Source of the DNA: Camelus dromedarius
Taxonomy: Eukaryota
Assembly (NCBI RefSeq): GCF_036321535.1
Contig: NC_087439.1
Span: forward strand, 68,634,001 to 68,698,000
Direction of reading: 5' to 3'
DNA length: 64,000 nucleotides
In this document: positions 1 through 13,279 of the stretch, one piece after another
How the letters are laid out: every line of letters begins with the position of its first letter
How positions within the stretch are numbered: position 1 is the stretch's first letter
The notes under the pieces: model-generated
Seen by the model: the letters and a program-made list of their open reading frames with translations, nothing else
Told to the model about the DNA's origin: nothing
Database searches by the model: none
Translations under genes and position numbers: made by a program

Positions 1-110
1 TTTTAACTATTTTTAAGTGTGAAGTTCTATGGCATCAAGTACATTCACAATGTGTAACTGTCACTGTTGTGCAAACGTCATTACTATTTCCAGAAACGAT
101 CATTCCATAC
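1..110 (-). mobile_element. Old L1 (L1M-type) 3' UTR fragment, truncated by window edge
   Basis: 'ttttaactatttttaagtgt...gcatcaagtacattcacaatg...gtcattactatttccagaa' resembles the reverse strand of L1MB/MC 3' ends. Confidence 0.6.
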
Positions 111-214
111 TGGTGCGTGGTTCTTAGTTAAGTTTTTACCTTCAGTCCTTCCATTATCTACAGAAACCTTTTCATTCCTTGTTCATTCAATCAAGGTCTA
201 TCAGATACATTAGT

Positions 215-237
215 GTTTGTTTGTTTGTTTGTTTTTT
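215..237. repeat. (GTTT)n microsatellite
   Basis: Directly visible gtttgtttgtttgtttgtttttt. Confidence 0.9.
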
Positions 238-450
238 CACTACTTTAAAGCGGTATCAGAGATAGTCTTCTGTTCTCTTCTGGTGGCTGCTGCCGGATTG
301 ATGGCCGAAACATTCCATTTAAGAGGTGGAAACTAATGATCGATGTTCTCTTGATAAATGTCTGGCTTGCTTCTTTGAACTAAGCTCAGTATTAAGTTGA
401 TCCCTTTGAAGTGACTTAGCCATCAAAAATCAAAGTTTTAACAAGGAATC

Positions 451-630
451 CTGGATGAGACTGTTCTGTATCTTGACTTTATCAATGTCAACATCCTGGT
501 TGTGATATGGTACCATAGTTTTTGCAAGATGTCACCACTGAGGAAACTGAGTAAAGGGTACAAAACCTCTTTATTATTTCTTATAAGCATATATGAACCT
601 ATAATTATCTCAGATAATGTTTAATTAAAA
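451..630 (+). mobile_element. L1MB/L1MC-type 3' end
   Basis: 'actgttctgtatcttgac...gcaagatgtcaccactgaggaaactgagtaaagggtaca...ttaattaaaaa'; similar 'caggaatc/aaggaatc' flanks on both sides. Confidence 0.7.
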
Positions 631-1489
631 ACACAGGAATCAGAGTTTTAGGATACAGACTATTAACCCTTTCTCTCAACTTTCACTTGACTTTCAGGTA
701 TCTGTCCACTTCTCCAATGGGACCTAAAGTCTAGTAGTTCTGTATTTATCATAGCCTACAGACTGAAATGCATGAACCAACTCTGTCCTCCAAAATTGAT
801 TCAAGGCAATTTTATTGAAATCTAAACAAGAAACTTAATCAAGAAAGACATATGTATAACAGTCCCTCCTAAATCTACAAATTCTAGGATGTCTAAGCCC
901 TACGTTACAGCAAAAATAAGGCTTGGAGAACTAAAGCATTAATAAACTTGTAAAAACCTCATAAATTTACTTGTTAAAGATATTTTTGAAAAATAAAGAA
1001 AAACACTAAAAAAGGATATCCATGACACCACAACACTGAGCAAATGCTAATACTGAGTAATGCACACTAATTTCCTTTTATCGTTCTTCACTTCTTAAAA
1101 TCTTTTCAACTTCCTCCTTCCCTGAAGATGCAATTAACTACTAATACACTCATTTTGATGTGTTGGAGACCATATGCGTACGAGGCAACAATTTTCAATT
1201 TTAGACAAAAGCTCAAAGCCTTTCTAATTTTATGACCTTCAAACAATTAGGCTCGGCCTTGGTCTCAGAGAATCAAGTAACAAGGATGTTAGTAATGGTT
1301 AAAGCTTTAGCTAACCTTTATTTAATGCACTAGACCTGGCTGAATAGATATTTCTCAGCTCCCTTCCTAATTAATAGGACTGTTGAATTTTATTCATGCT
1401 TGCATAACTATCTCTCAAATTCCATTGTCATTAGTCTCCCTTATAAATATCACAGGTAATAATAATAAAAACAGTATTAATGATGACTT

Positions 1490-1690
1490 TAATTGCTAAC
1501 ATTTATTAAGCTCTTACACTGTGCCAGGAACTATATTAAATGATTTACATATATGATGTTCATTAGTCCTTTCAGATCTGTATGGTATATGTCCTAAAAT
1601 TTATCTCCATTTCATATATATGATAACTAAAATTTAGATGGACTGGTCAAGTGTGCAAGTTGTCACCACTGAGAGAGAGATTCTTCTAGC
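1490..1690 (-). mobile_element. MIR SINE remnant
   Basis: 'ctaacatttattaagctcttacactgtgccagg...' matches the reverse of the MIR 3' half. Confidence 0.65.
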
Positions 1691-4302
1691 CCAGGTGGCC
1701 TAACTCCAGAGCCCTTGAGCTGAATCTCATCAACACATAGCACACCACCCTTAGGTAAGATCCAGACAGAACCAGGCACAAAGCAGAAGCCAAGAGCCAC
1801 TTGGCCTTTCCTTCATTTACCTTCACTACTGCATTACTGCAAAAATCCCAAACTTTGCTGACACTGAATTCACCCCCTCTTTTCAAAACCTAACCTCTAG
1901 TGTCCTCATTTACTACTTATCCCAAAGTAGAATCACACATAGTAACAGCAGCTTGCATTTGCAGAATCCTACTTTACTGAACAAACAGGCACATAGAACA
2001 GTGTCAAAGGTCACGTGATAGAAAAGTTTGGTTCAAGCACAGTCTCAGTAGAAAGCCTGGATATTCCAAAATCGAAATGCTCATAGTTGAAAAGTCCTAA
2101 GGAAATAAATTATTTATTGCTCGGATTATATATGAGGACTATTTACTATAGAGCAAAATCAGTAATACTGTTCCTTGTGTCCCACTGCTTACCAAAAAGA
2201 ACAGATAGCACTCTTTTCAGGGGGACGCCCTATGTGCTGTAAGAACCATCCCCTTCAGCTTAAGTATTTCTTATTCCTTTTCTACTGCTCGCTCTCCTGC
2301 ACATATTCTTTCAGTTCTTACAGTCAAAGTGCTGTCGAAAGAAGTGAGTTTAAACAGAGGTAAGAGGTTGTATCTATGAAGAATCTGATTAAGGAGAAGA
2401 AAATATTCTGGAGATAAAGCACAATGAAGCCAAGTTAATATTAGTTCTTTTCTTTTGGAATTCATTAAGTTTGAATTTGTTTATTTGAATAAAACAGTAA
2501 ATTTTTAGTGAAGAATGTAATGCAAGAATAATAGAGTTTCTTAGCTTTTATTGCAAAAATAGCACATTATAGTATGAATGTTTACAGAATAAACAAATGT
2601 AAATTCAAGTAATTGTATTCATATATAACTTTTAAATGCATGATAGAGTGAAAAAGACTCTTTGGCTAGACTGTAACATTATTTTTGTGAATTATCTAAA
2701 CTATATTCTGAGTGTTAAAGGGCTACATAATGCAAAACTCTGAAGATATGTATGGTTATAAAAATATGATAAGCATTACTTTTTAAAAGTTTCATTAAAA
2801 AGCTCTTGGTTTAAAATTGCAAAAGACATTCCAAACTAGCCTTTTAAAGATGATTCTAAAAACATACATGGTTAAGGGAAGGAGATAAACAAATTTTATA
2901 ACATAACCCAGCATCTCCTAATCTTCTAGATTTTTATTTCTCCAAATTATTCTGTTTTTAAATGCACTCCTTGATTTTTCCCAAGAGAAATGCATTATCG
3001 GTTCATCCTCCTCTTCAACTGCCCTATGCACACTTGAGTTATACATTGTTTTAAAAAAATTCTCCTTAATTCTCTACTTGTCAAAAAAAAACATTAATTT
3101 AGTACAAACATTTTTAAGCCAATCTCTACCTTAAGGGGATAAAGCCCATTTTCCTTTTTAAAATACATTTGTTTCTTCTAATAAAGTTTATTCTTTTTGA
3201 ATTATCGCTCTTTTTATGAACTAAAGGTGTTCTTTTATTGTTGTTTAAAAGGCACTATGCCCAACACCTATCTACATGGTCTATCAGTATATTTAATATT
3301 TTAAAAATCTGAAGAAAAAAAATCTGAGGAATTTATTTTCATGAAATTCACTTTAAATGTCCATCTCTGAAACACCAATAACTCAGTCCAGGAGTGGCTT
3401 CCATGGAGTGTTTACCATGTTTATTTATTTCATTTTATGCTTTCATTATTGGACGCAAACCATTTGTACAATTGCAAAATTTGTACATTATGATTTACTG
3501 TAAACTTGCAATTCAGTGTAACAACTTGCATTTCAGAGACTCACAGAATTGCTGTATTCTAAGGGGCACTTAGTCCATTTCCTCTTTGTAAAGAGGAACT
3601 GAGGCAGGAATGTCTGACTTATTTAATGGACAGAAAGTTAAGTGAAAAAATAAAAATAATAATGCCTGTGACCATAGCATGGCTCTAACCGTATTTTTCT
3701 AGTATTCCTAAAAACCGAGTTTCAACTTATTTGAACCCCGCTTTGCACTCCTTTCTGTTTTTCCTCACCTCAAACTATTTATTTAAAGAAAATGTCTGTA
3801 TTAACATACAACCTTGCAAAAATGAAATTCCATTACTATAATTTCAACAAATTCAAGTAGAATACACACATTCTTTGCAAAGGACACCATTAATCTCTGA
3901 GTAGCAACATGTATAATTCATCCAAAAAAAAAATTTAATGCCCTTTAAATCATCCCAAACTTTATAAATGTTATAAGTAACATTAAACCCATTTCAACTT
4001 TTACTATAACCACACATTTGAAACGACAATTAAACTTTCTATTTTAGTAGGGAAAAAAAAGTTGAGAGAAAATCTTAGTGTCTTTGAGAAAGGGACACAA
4101 GTCAAATGTTCTTTTAAAAATAGTTTCCTGTATTTATATTACCTAACTAAAAAAAAAAAAAACTAATTTCTGTATCAATTTCTTACTCATTTTGCATCAG
4201 TTGGTACAAATTATACACTCTGAATAAATGATATGATTTAATAAAAATATTTCGCTTGACTTACAACATAGCTCTTTCTTATTTGTGAGGTACAGCATCA
4301 AG

Positions 4303-4620
4303 GACTGTGCTAGCCAACATGGTAGCCACCAGCCACACGTGGCTTCTGAGTACCTGTGATGCAGCTGCCCTAAACTGAGAAGTGCTATATACATAAAATG
4401 CACATGGATTTTAAACACTTAGTATGAAAACAGAGCATGTATTATCTCAAGACATTTTACGTTGGTTATATCTTGAAATATTATTTGTATAAGTTGAGTT
4501 AAAGAGAAGTTTTTACAGAAATCAATTTGGTCTTTTTACACTTCTGTGTGGTTACTAGAAAATTAAAAACTATACACATGGTTCATATGCTTTTTTGGCG
4601 GGGGGGGGGGACAGCACAGC
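4303..4620. mobile_element. MER3-like hAT-Charlie non-autonomous DNA transposon
   Basis: 'ctgtgctagccaacatggtagccaccagccacacgtggc...' start and 'ggacagcacagc' end resemble MER3/MER33 termini. Confidence 0.65.
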
Positions 4621-4699
4621 TTTGGAATTTTTAACTATGTTCATGTGATCATTTATTCATCTACCATACAAACACCATTTATTTAGTTTCTTAGTGTTG

Positions 4700-5960
4700 T
4701 CTTACAAGAATCCCTCCTTTGACCCTGTATTGCCCTCCCAGGACATTCCCATTCCTCTAACTCAACCGTAGAGCAGGGCCCCTTGAGACAGAGCTTTGCT
4801 CTCACTGTTTTACTGAAGTAGCTCTCCTGGAGGGGAGCTATTACCTCCAAGTTCCAATTCCAGTTGCCATTTCTCAGCTCTCCCTTCCTCATCACACACA
4901 GGTGATCCTTTCCTCCTCCTTGAAATGCTTTTTCCAGGACACCAGGCTCTCTTCCAATCTTCCTCTATGCCAGTTCCTCCATTTCCCCAACACTTCTCTG
5001 CTATTTAGATACTCGAATGTCCCTGGGCGAAGTCACAGACCTACATTCACTTCCTAATCATCCAGTCTCATGATTTAAAAAACATTTCTATGCTGAAATA
5101 CCCAAATGCATTTTTCTATATGGACTTTTTCTACAAATTCTAGTTCTGGGTAACTGTTCTTTTTGCCTACATGTGTGATAAGTGTCTCTAACTAGACTCG
5201 TACAGTCAGGACTGATCGAGTTTCCCTCCCCCCAGCCCAGACCCCTTCAAGCAGGCTTTCTCATCTCAATAAATGGAGACTCCTTTCTTATAGTTGCAGG
5301 CACTCTTAGAATTGATTTTGTTTCTTCTCTTTCTCATTTCCCCATATCTAATCCATCATTAAATCCTACTGAGGATGTTTTCAAATTGTGCCCAGAATCT
5401 GCCCACATCTCTTCATCTCCTCTCATTATCAACCTGGTCCAAGCCACTGACATCACCACCTTTATTCTTGCCTCATTACTAGTCTTTCTCCATCACTGGT
5501 TTCCAGTACAGCAGCCAGAATTATCCTACATCTGCCATGATATACCAGATGATTTCATGTCTCTGCTCAAAACTCTCTAATCTAATGAGTCCTCAATTGA
5601 CTCCAAGTAAAAGCCAAAGCCCTTACTGTGGCTCACAATGCTCTAAAAGACCCTCCTCCTCCCAGTGCACTCTACTGACCTCAGCTCCCCCACCCTCCCT
5701 CTGCACAGTCAACTCAGCCACAGATACCCCCTCTTGCTCCTGCTGCACGAGTCCAGGCACGCGCCAGTCTCACTGCCCTCTCCACCTTGACTGCGCCTTC
5801 TGAAGAAAGCCTTCCTCTTCACCCCATATAGTATTTTCCTGCTTACCCTGCCCTCCCCATGTCTCCCATCTATCACCATCGGTTACATAATTATGTTTTA
5901 ATTATTTCTCTCTCATGAGAATGTAAGCTTCAAGAGACACTCAATACATACGTTAATAAA
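4700..5960 (+). mobile_element. L2 LINE remnant (3' portion)
   Basis: Pyrimidine-rich L2-like text ('ctttctcatctcaataaatgg', 'ccttactgtggctcacaatgctct') ending 'gaatgtaagcttcaagag...ctcaatacatacgttaataaa'. Confidence 0.7.
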
Positions 5961-7099
5961 AAGGAGCTGCTAAGCATCCCACTAGTTGCCATGTACACAG
6001 ACATAGTTAATTATTAATTACTGCCTTCAAAGAGTCCTCATTCCAAGGCAGAAAGGCATGGCCATATAAAACACAGGATCAGAAATATGGTAATAGAAGC
6101 CACATACAAAGTTCTCGGGGTGCTCAGAGGAAGGCACTGCTCACTACTGAAGACTGGTGGATGGGCAAATTCAGAAAAACTGTCCAAAGGGAGAGGTTTG
6201 GAGCTGATATTGGCAGGCAAATGTTAGCTCTCAGGTATGGTGGTGACAAGAGTGGGGGAAACATTTCAAGGAAAAATAAAACAACGTATTGGGGGGCCAA
6301 GAGGATGGAAAAGAATAGTGAATTTTAGAAGTAAGTAATTGTGTTTGGCTCTGGTACTAGGTGTCTATGTAGAAAAGAGCAGCGGAGTAAAGGAAATAGG
6401 AAAGGAAAGGAAGAGAGACAAAAAAAACCACGCATGGCAGGCTAGACACAAGTAAATATGGTACACAGAAACAGACACACATGCAGATATATCTGTGTGG
6501 GAGTATGAACTGCATGTGTATGTGTACATATGTATAAATAATATACGTGCATATGCACATGTACATACACACAGATGACTATTCTCAGGAACATGTTTAA
6601 GATCATCTACTCATACTTCCTATTTTTCTATTATAGGCAGTATGATCTAACAGAAAATTTAGAAGCCCACAAGATTATATAAATATGAAATGAGAAAATG
6701 TCTCAACTCCAAATATTTTCTTTTCTCAAAAGAAAGAAAAGCAATCTCCTGCCCTCCACCTCTCTTAGTTTCCAGAACAAGTTTATAGAAGTATGTAGAC
6801 ACCAAGATTAATGCTTAATGTCAAAGCAAGATCTTTTTCTAGGAATGTCCTCTCTCCACTGTATCCCCAGCAAAAGGTTTATCCACTTACACAAAACTTT
6901 CCTTGGCAGAGACTCCCTTCTGTTCACACAGACTGCCAAGAGCCAGCCCCCAAATGGTGGCCAGCTAGATTCTTCCTTCACCCGCAGAATCCAGATCAAG
7001 AAGTGATCTTTAGCAAAAAAAATTAATCAAAGTAAAAATAGGTATGAAAGCTAAATGTTAAGCTTGATTATGTGGTGTGAATGAGAAGAGGCTGTGGTG

Positions 7100-8900
7100 C
7101 ACAAAACTCTGGCAGGTCTTTCTATAAAACACGGGATGCGTTATAATAATAAGGTAACCTGAGGATATGGCTCAGAGAAGAATGTGGCTGGTTTTCAATG
7201 AGACTGCAGTAGGCTTTCCACTGCAGTGTGGCAAGCATCTCTTAATAAAAGCAAGATTAGAAACTGTCCGGTGAAAATATCTGCGTTATTTTGAATGCTG
7301 ATTAAAACATTTTGTGCGGATCCCGCACAGGAGTGCCATATACTATGCAAGACCCACCGTGGCACTTGGCAGAAAATAAATCATCGCGCTCTAAAAATCT
7401 GCTGTGGTTGCTGTCTTCATTACAGAGACCTCGCACACCGCATACAGAAACATCTATAATGTTTACAGCACCTGGATGCCTGCACTATTAAACATCAATA
7501 CAATCTGTGTTCATATCATCTCCATGCTAATCAGATCGATTACTTCTGATATAGTGTCTTGTCACAGGAAGGTAATGCTAATCCAACAAATGGAGCTGGG
7601 GGAGATAACTCAGACACAGAGGTATTTAATAGCTCACTGTAAAACAAACAAACAAACAAAAGGAATCAACAGAAAACATACAAGGTGCAGCAGTGTCACG
7701 GGCAGGCTGGCTCCTCCTCGAGTTCTGGGTGGTGCTGCAGTAATTTTGTCAGCAGCCATTAAAAGGGGAATATAATACAGTTTGATGCCGTAAAATGGAC
7801 TTGAAAGGGAAATGAGATTACTGCTGCTGCTTAACATGGCAGAGGTAATTAGCTGCACAGGTAATTAGATACAGATTCCTAGCATATCCTAGTGGAGTCA
7901 GTGGCTGATGGCAAGAGATGATATCTCTGACCCGCTGAAAAGGATCAATGTCACGGTTGTTTTAGATCCAGACCATCATCTGCATCAAACATTCTAATCC
8001 TCCAGACAGGAAAGATGCTGTAGTAGCTGCAGTAAAACGTGCTATCACTTAATAAAAATGAACTCGGGATGAGTGGATGGGGAGGGGGAGAGGCGGGGAC
8101 ACCCCTTGCCTCCCTGCAGCTGTCAGGCCTCAAGCCGTGTATGTATCTATCTCAGCTGTCACTCTGCGACACTCTTAGTGGAGAATGTCCTCCTGGCTTG
8201 TCTTCAGCTAATTTCATTTATAACTAAATTCTCAGACAAAGACGATGAGAAGGGGAAAAAGAAAATCAATGACAGTACCCCAAACATGGAAAACCCATTA
8301 ACATAGTCATCCTTTAAATAATTACCCAGTGAATTTAATCTATGTCTAATGTACACACATTTTGGCCAAAAGCTTGTATTTCATCAAATGAGATATCCCA
8401 CTGTTGGATGTGAAGGCAAATGAAACTTCTTGACTAGTGAATGAAAATTAATTTCTCCTACTATTCGCAAAGCAGAAGCATTTCCAATACCACCATGCTG
8501 TTCCATGCTCTGTCATCTTCTGCTGAGATGTTGATGGGGAAAAAAGACACATACACACATATCAAATAAAGTTTCTCCATTTATTTATTCAATAAATATT
8601 TAAGAAATGACTGCTTACATATGTAATCCAGAACCAAAGCACACCTTCCCACACACACTTGGGCCACTGAACCATTAATGTGGCACCCACACTGCCAGCT
8701 GAGAGCCACACGGATCAGAGCGGCGGTGACTGCTACCCACCCGCCCATGGAAAAGGCAACGCAAACACAGTAAACCATGCTTTCAGCTGCAGTGAAACAG
8801 AAAGCCCCAGAGAAGGTAAATTTAAACTTCCAAAGAACAAAACACAACCCTTCACATCTTCCCAAAGGAAGAAAAAAAGTCATCACATCATTCAGATGGT
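7100..8900. promoter_or_regulatory. Putative conserved non-coding/enhancer block
   Basis: No recognisable repeats, locally retained CpGs, two AGGTAATTAG homeodomain-type sites (7843, 7859) and several CAGCTG E-boxes; conservation is inferred, not measured. Confidence 0.4.
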
Positions 8901-9283
8901 TTTAGAATCAGCAATTCTGGGTAACTGACTACAGCACTTCCCATTTCAGAGCAAGGCTATTAGAAAATTCATTCGTTACTTTAGTGGGAAGAGACTTGCA
9001 GTTGGGGTACTCGAACAGAGACCTAACACCTTCAATTTTCTCTTCACCTTCCCTAATTTGTGGGATCAACAGTGGATGAGATGGAAAACACAAGAGTAAT
9101 TATGCTGACACCTTGAATGACTGTCAGAGGTATGTCCAGCCAAATCCGCCAGCATGGATGGACTTCAGTCAACAACATTCACTGTTTTGCTCTGATGTGC
9201 TTCATACTACTCTGCATCATATTTTTTCTTAGGAGGACAGAATGGTTACTGTCCTCTTACTAGCCTTGAACAGTCTCCACAGA

Positions 9284-9440
9284 CAGGGCCAGCTTCACGC
9301 CTATGCAAACCTCTGCAGTCAAAGAGCCACCTGCCTTCTTGGTTTAATGCTTGGCTTGTTGCTGTCCTGTTACTAAATTTTGAACAATCCACTCAGCATT
9401 TTCATTTTGCACTGAGCTAGCAGATTATATAGTTGGTATC
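9284..9440 (+). mobile_element. MER45A-like hAT-Tip100 element
   Basis: 'cagggccagcttca...cttggtttaatgct...ttttgaacaa...cattttcattttgcactg...agattatatagttggt' follows the MER45A layout. Confidence 0.7.
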
Positions 9441-9849
9441 ACCCATTGAGGAAGTTGTCAAGTGTCAACATCCATTTACTATAGGGTAGGAAGACCATTC
9501 GCCTCATGGCATTCACTATTAAAACCTGTTTTTGTCTTTAATTCTTAATGTTGTAAGATGAATTGAAGTGATAAAGAAGCAGAGAAGATCTTTAGATGGA
9601 GCCAAGTATTATGGGTGTAAGGGATGCGAAGCAACCCAGTTGGAGGGCTCGTCTCTGGCTTGAAATGGCCCTAAAGAGGTAAAGGGTCCAGAAACCAAAT
9701 CTCAAGCAGCCGAGAGGCAAAATGAAAGAAGCATGACGCACTTAGGGTTTCTTAAAATGGTGCAATGTCAACAGATTCATGCAGCATTGAGCTCTGGGAG
9801 TTCAGTCCTTTCAATCTACTTATCTCACCCTTGCATTTGCATATAATAT

Positions 9850-10640
9850 GCTTATCTGGGAGATAAATAACCTATTAACAGTATGGACTGTAATTCTACC
9901 AGACTTAATATTTCCTAACATACCTAGCCATGCTCTCCTACGCCTACTCAATGGTTTGCATGTTTCTTACTATTTTATTGCATTCTCAAAAGGTTTCTGT
10001 CATCATGACCGAAGGACTCTTCTCAGACCTCAACATCTTGGTCCTTCCACACCTTCTAACACATCCACGTCCCCTGTGGCACTGACTTCAAAGCCATGTC
10101 CTTTCTTTGGCTGCGAGGCACGGAGCACTCTTCCCTGGGCTTTGTCTACCCTCTGAGTGCCACTCTCTCTTCTCCAAGGACATCCTGGTCCATTGCACTT
10201 CTAACTCTGCATCACCACCCCCTGTCCCAGCTGCCCGATACCCTCCACGGAGAAGACGAAGATTCAAGCCTAGCGTCCTCCACCTCAGCCTCACTGCTGA
10301 TGACACACCAATGCACATCCACCAACATTTGGTCGCCACTTCCATACAGACTTCTAGAAAAGCATAGATCTTTGCAATCCTTCCAACTTTCTGTTCTCCC
10401 TGAAAAATCAGTGCTCACTCCTGTCTAACATTCCTGCTTCTGCCCTTTTGATCCCAGCCTCCCATTACTCTCCTGCTTCTCAGCTCTCTCTGGGGCCCAT
10501 GCCACGTACCTCCCTGCTCTTCTCATATCCTCCCTCCCAGCGGGAACATTGGGGCCTTAAGCTCCTACATTTTCCTCAGGCTCGGCTCCAATTTCACCAT
10601 TTCTCTGAAGACTTTTCTGGCTGTTCAACTCCACGGTGAG
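9850..10640 (+). mobile_element. L2 LINE remnant
   Basis: C/T-rich L2 ORF2/3' text ('gccatgtcctttctttggctg', 'cttccctgggctt', 'ctctctggggccc'); explains the overlapping ORFs at 9848-10639. Confidence 0.6.
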
Positions 10641-11580
10641 CTCTGACATAAACTCAGGACACACCAAAGTGTAACTTTCTGAAATGTGCGCTGTCCTGTC
10701 TTACACCTCTTGTGGAGTTGGCCAGTACTGCTATTTAGGTTTTCACGTGGGTTCTTGTTATGTCTACAATTACTCTGTATTATGCTTGAGGGAAGGGATG
10801 TGATTGTAAATTTGCGAAAATTCCCAAAGGGAATGAAATGGAGCCAGGAAGAGAATAGTGCTCAATCAATATTGTTAACTCTAAGAAAAATAGCTTGCTC
10901 ATTTATAGCAGCCTGGCCTTCTTTTTATTTACACAGTAGTGTGCCACCATTCTCAAATAACTTTTATTTTTAAAGTGGTATAATTTCTTGAGAGCTTTGC
11001 CTTTAAAACTTGCCATAACTAGCCAACAGGCAGAAGAGGGACCCCAAGCGTGGTCAGGCTTTGTCTGGATGAACAGCTATCGCCAATTACCCCTGCAAAT
11101 GACAAATGAGTAAGCGATGGCTACAGATGTAGGAATATTCCACTAATGCTTTTTAAACAAAGATGTATGTAGGCGGCGGGTGACTCAGCTTCCAAAATAG
11201 GCTTAAATAAAAATAATCACATTGTTTTAGAACAGAAGATTGTGTTTAATTGGTAATTTGTGGATTCTAAGATGGAAACACACTACTGTGGATTCTAATG
11301 CTCTCTTAATAAATGAATTACAGTAATATAATCCAATTACTATCCGTCTCTATTGAACAGATAACTTTCCCTAAACAAAAAACAAAGGAACCAAAGAGAT
11401 CCAGTTTACCTAGTTTTGAACAGATGGGATTGAAAACTGATTTAAAAAAAATCATGCCTCGATGGGCTTGCTGCATAAAATGCTTAGTGTAATGATACCT
11501 ACCCTGCAGGCCTTTGAAGATGCAGGGACTGCCTGTCAGACCCCAGGAGTGACTTCTGGGCAGTCACAGTCATTAGGCTA

Positions 11581-11705
11581 AAGCCTCATCTCAAAAAAAA
11601 AAAAAAAATCGCCTTTGTATGACGCCCTGATGTTAAACAAGCCTCATCTCAAAAAAAAAAAAAAAAAAAAAAAAATCGCCTTTGTATGATGCCCTGATGT
11701 TAAAC
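11581..11705. repeat. Two-copy tandem duplication with internal poly(A)
   Basis: Unit aagcctcatctc-(A)n-tcgcctttgtatgaYgccctgatgttaaac at 11581-11638 (A16) and 11639-11705 (A25). Confidence 0.95.
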
Positions 11706-12849
11706 AGACCAACTGTCTGACAAACCCTCAAAGGACAAGAATCCCCAAGTGTCCTCATCTGGAGATCATTCTCTGTCCATAGAAAACATTTTTCTTTTTC
11801 AGCAGTTCACACCAGCCCAAGACGAACCGAACAGTTTTTATGGTGCGTCTGGTACTGAAGACATACTATCGATTATATTTGTTTGTCTGATTTCCTATGT
11901 TGCCTAGACACCAATCTCAAATATTTTTAATTTCTGTCTCCTGCTTCCCAAAGCACATCCAAGAAGGCTCTGCTTGATAATGTCAAGTATTTTCCTTTGT
12001 TTAAAACTAGTATTCAGCCTAAGGACTATTAATCAGAACTGTCAAGTGTGATAGAAATACACAGACTAAAGAATAATTCATAAAACATCAAGACCCCAAA
12101 CATGGACAAGCAACAGCCAGAAACTCACCATGGGAGCTCACAGAGCATTTCTAGTTTTTACTGGAGACACTGGTGCTAGAGCAATGGTGACAGCTCTCTT
12201 GATGCCTCATCATGAGGGTCAAATGCTTACGTTCCAATGGCATGATTTACGATGGGAACTCATAAAAACAGGTTGAAGACATACAACTTAATTTTTGACC
12301 CTGGTTTATGGAAAGCACGAAGGTTAGTCTTCTTTCCCCATATCCCTGTGTGAACCTACCCAGGCAAGACTCATTAGAAGACTCTCATGGTTGACAGTTG
12401 GCTCAGCTTGCTTTGCAGTTTTCATAAATAAAACCAAAAGCTTTCAAATAGTTTGAAGAGTTGTTTTAAGTCACAAAATTGTGGAAAGAAAACTGGAAAA
12501 CTTACTTTACAATTCAGATCTTCTTTACAGGTGTCCAAGTGCACCGTAACATCACTTAGAAAGTGAAATGTGGAAGAAATGAATCTGTTCTGGTGATGAC
12601 CATTGTGTCAAGAAGCTGTTTTCACACACAGCAAATCGTTCAAAGGAGTAGCGTGTAGCCCATTCAGCATTCGGTCCACAAATATTTCGTGAGCAATTGT
12701 AAGGTATGCCAGCCTCTACCTGAGGTACAAAACTAGAGCCCCTGAATCTTCAAGGCTTTCACAATCAGACTTTGAAATCAGACACATATATGCAACTAAC
12801 TAGATGCCTGAAACATGTTATAATATATTCTCCACAATAATCAGGTTCA

Positions 12850-13020
12850 ACAAACTTGGTCTCCAATCTCTATATCCTTTCTAACAGTCAACCTCTAAGT
12901 GGGACAAGCAAAGATCTTGAATCAAGTTCCAGTTTACTCATCTCTAAAACTATTTTCTTATCTTTAAAATATGAATAACACAGCTTATCTCACAAGACTT
13001 TCATAAGGATGAAACAAAAC
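12850..13020 (+). mobile_element. MIR remnant
   Basis: 'ttttcttatctttaaaatatgaataacacagcttatctcacaagactttcataaggatgaa' resembles the MIR core/3' part. Confidence 0.5.
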
Positions 13021-13279
13021 ACAACACATGAATGATGGCTAAGATAAATGGCATTCAAAGATTATTAGTTCTCTCTGAAGAAAAATTTATGCACACAGAC
13101 AACTGCTTTATGTCTATAAAGAAAATTTTGCTATTACCAGATGGAAATTTTCTATTCTGCTTACAATTCCATTATTTCTTTGGGGAAAAAAATACAGAAG
13201 GTTTAAAAAAAAAAAAAGTCACTCTACTGGTTATGAAGCCACAATTCTATTCACAAAGTACTCAAATTATGTAACTTAC

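Noticed and set aside
215-430. Possible retrocopy ending in an (AAAC)n tail on the minus strand
   Set aside because: No recognisable peptide, no AATAAA before the tail and no TSD found; treated as a microsatellite beside unique sequence.
5182-5803. ORFs of 132 and 88 aa
   Set aside because: They lie within an L2 remnant; low-complexity Ser/Leu/Pro composition and no gene context.
6491-6576. Imperfect ~85-bp inverted repeat
   Set aside because: Alternating purine/pyrimidine (CA/TG/TA) low-complexity sequence is self-complementary by nature.
6938-6966. CTCF-like string (minus strand TGGCCACCATTTGGGGGCTG)
   Set aside because: Breaks the AG core and spacing of the motif.
9848-10639. Cluster of overlapping ORFs on both strands
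   Set aside because: Explained by a C-rich L2 remnant with few stop codons.
11581-11610. 'catctc-aaaaaaaa' resembling an Alu 3' end
   Set aside because: No Alu body upstream, and the other repeats point to a non-primate genome.
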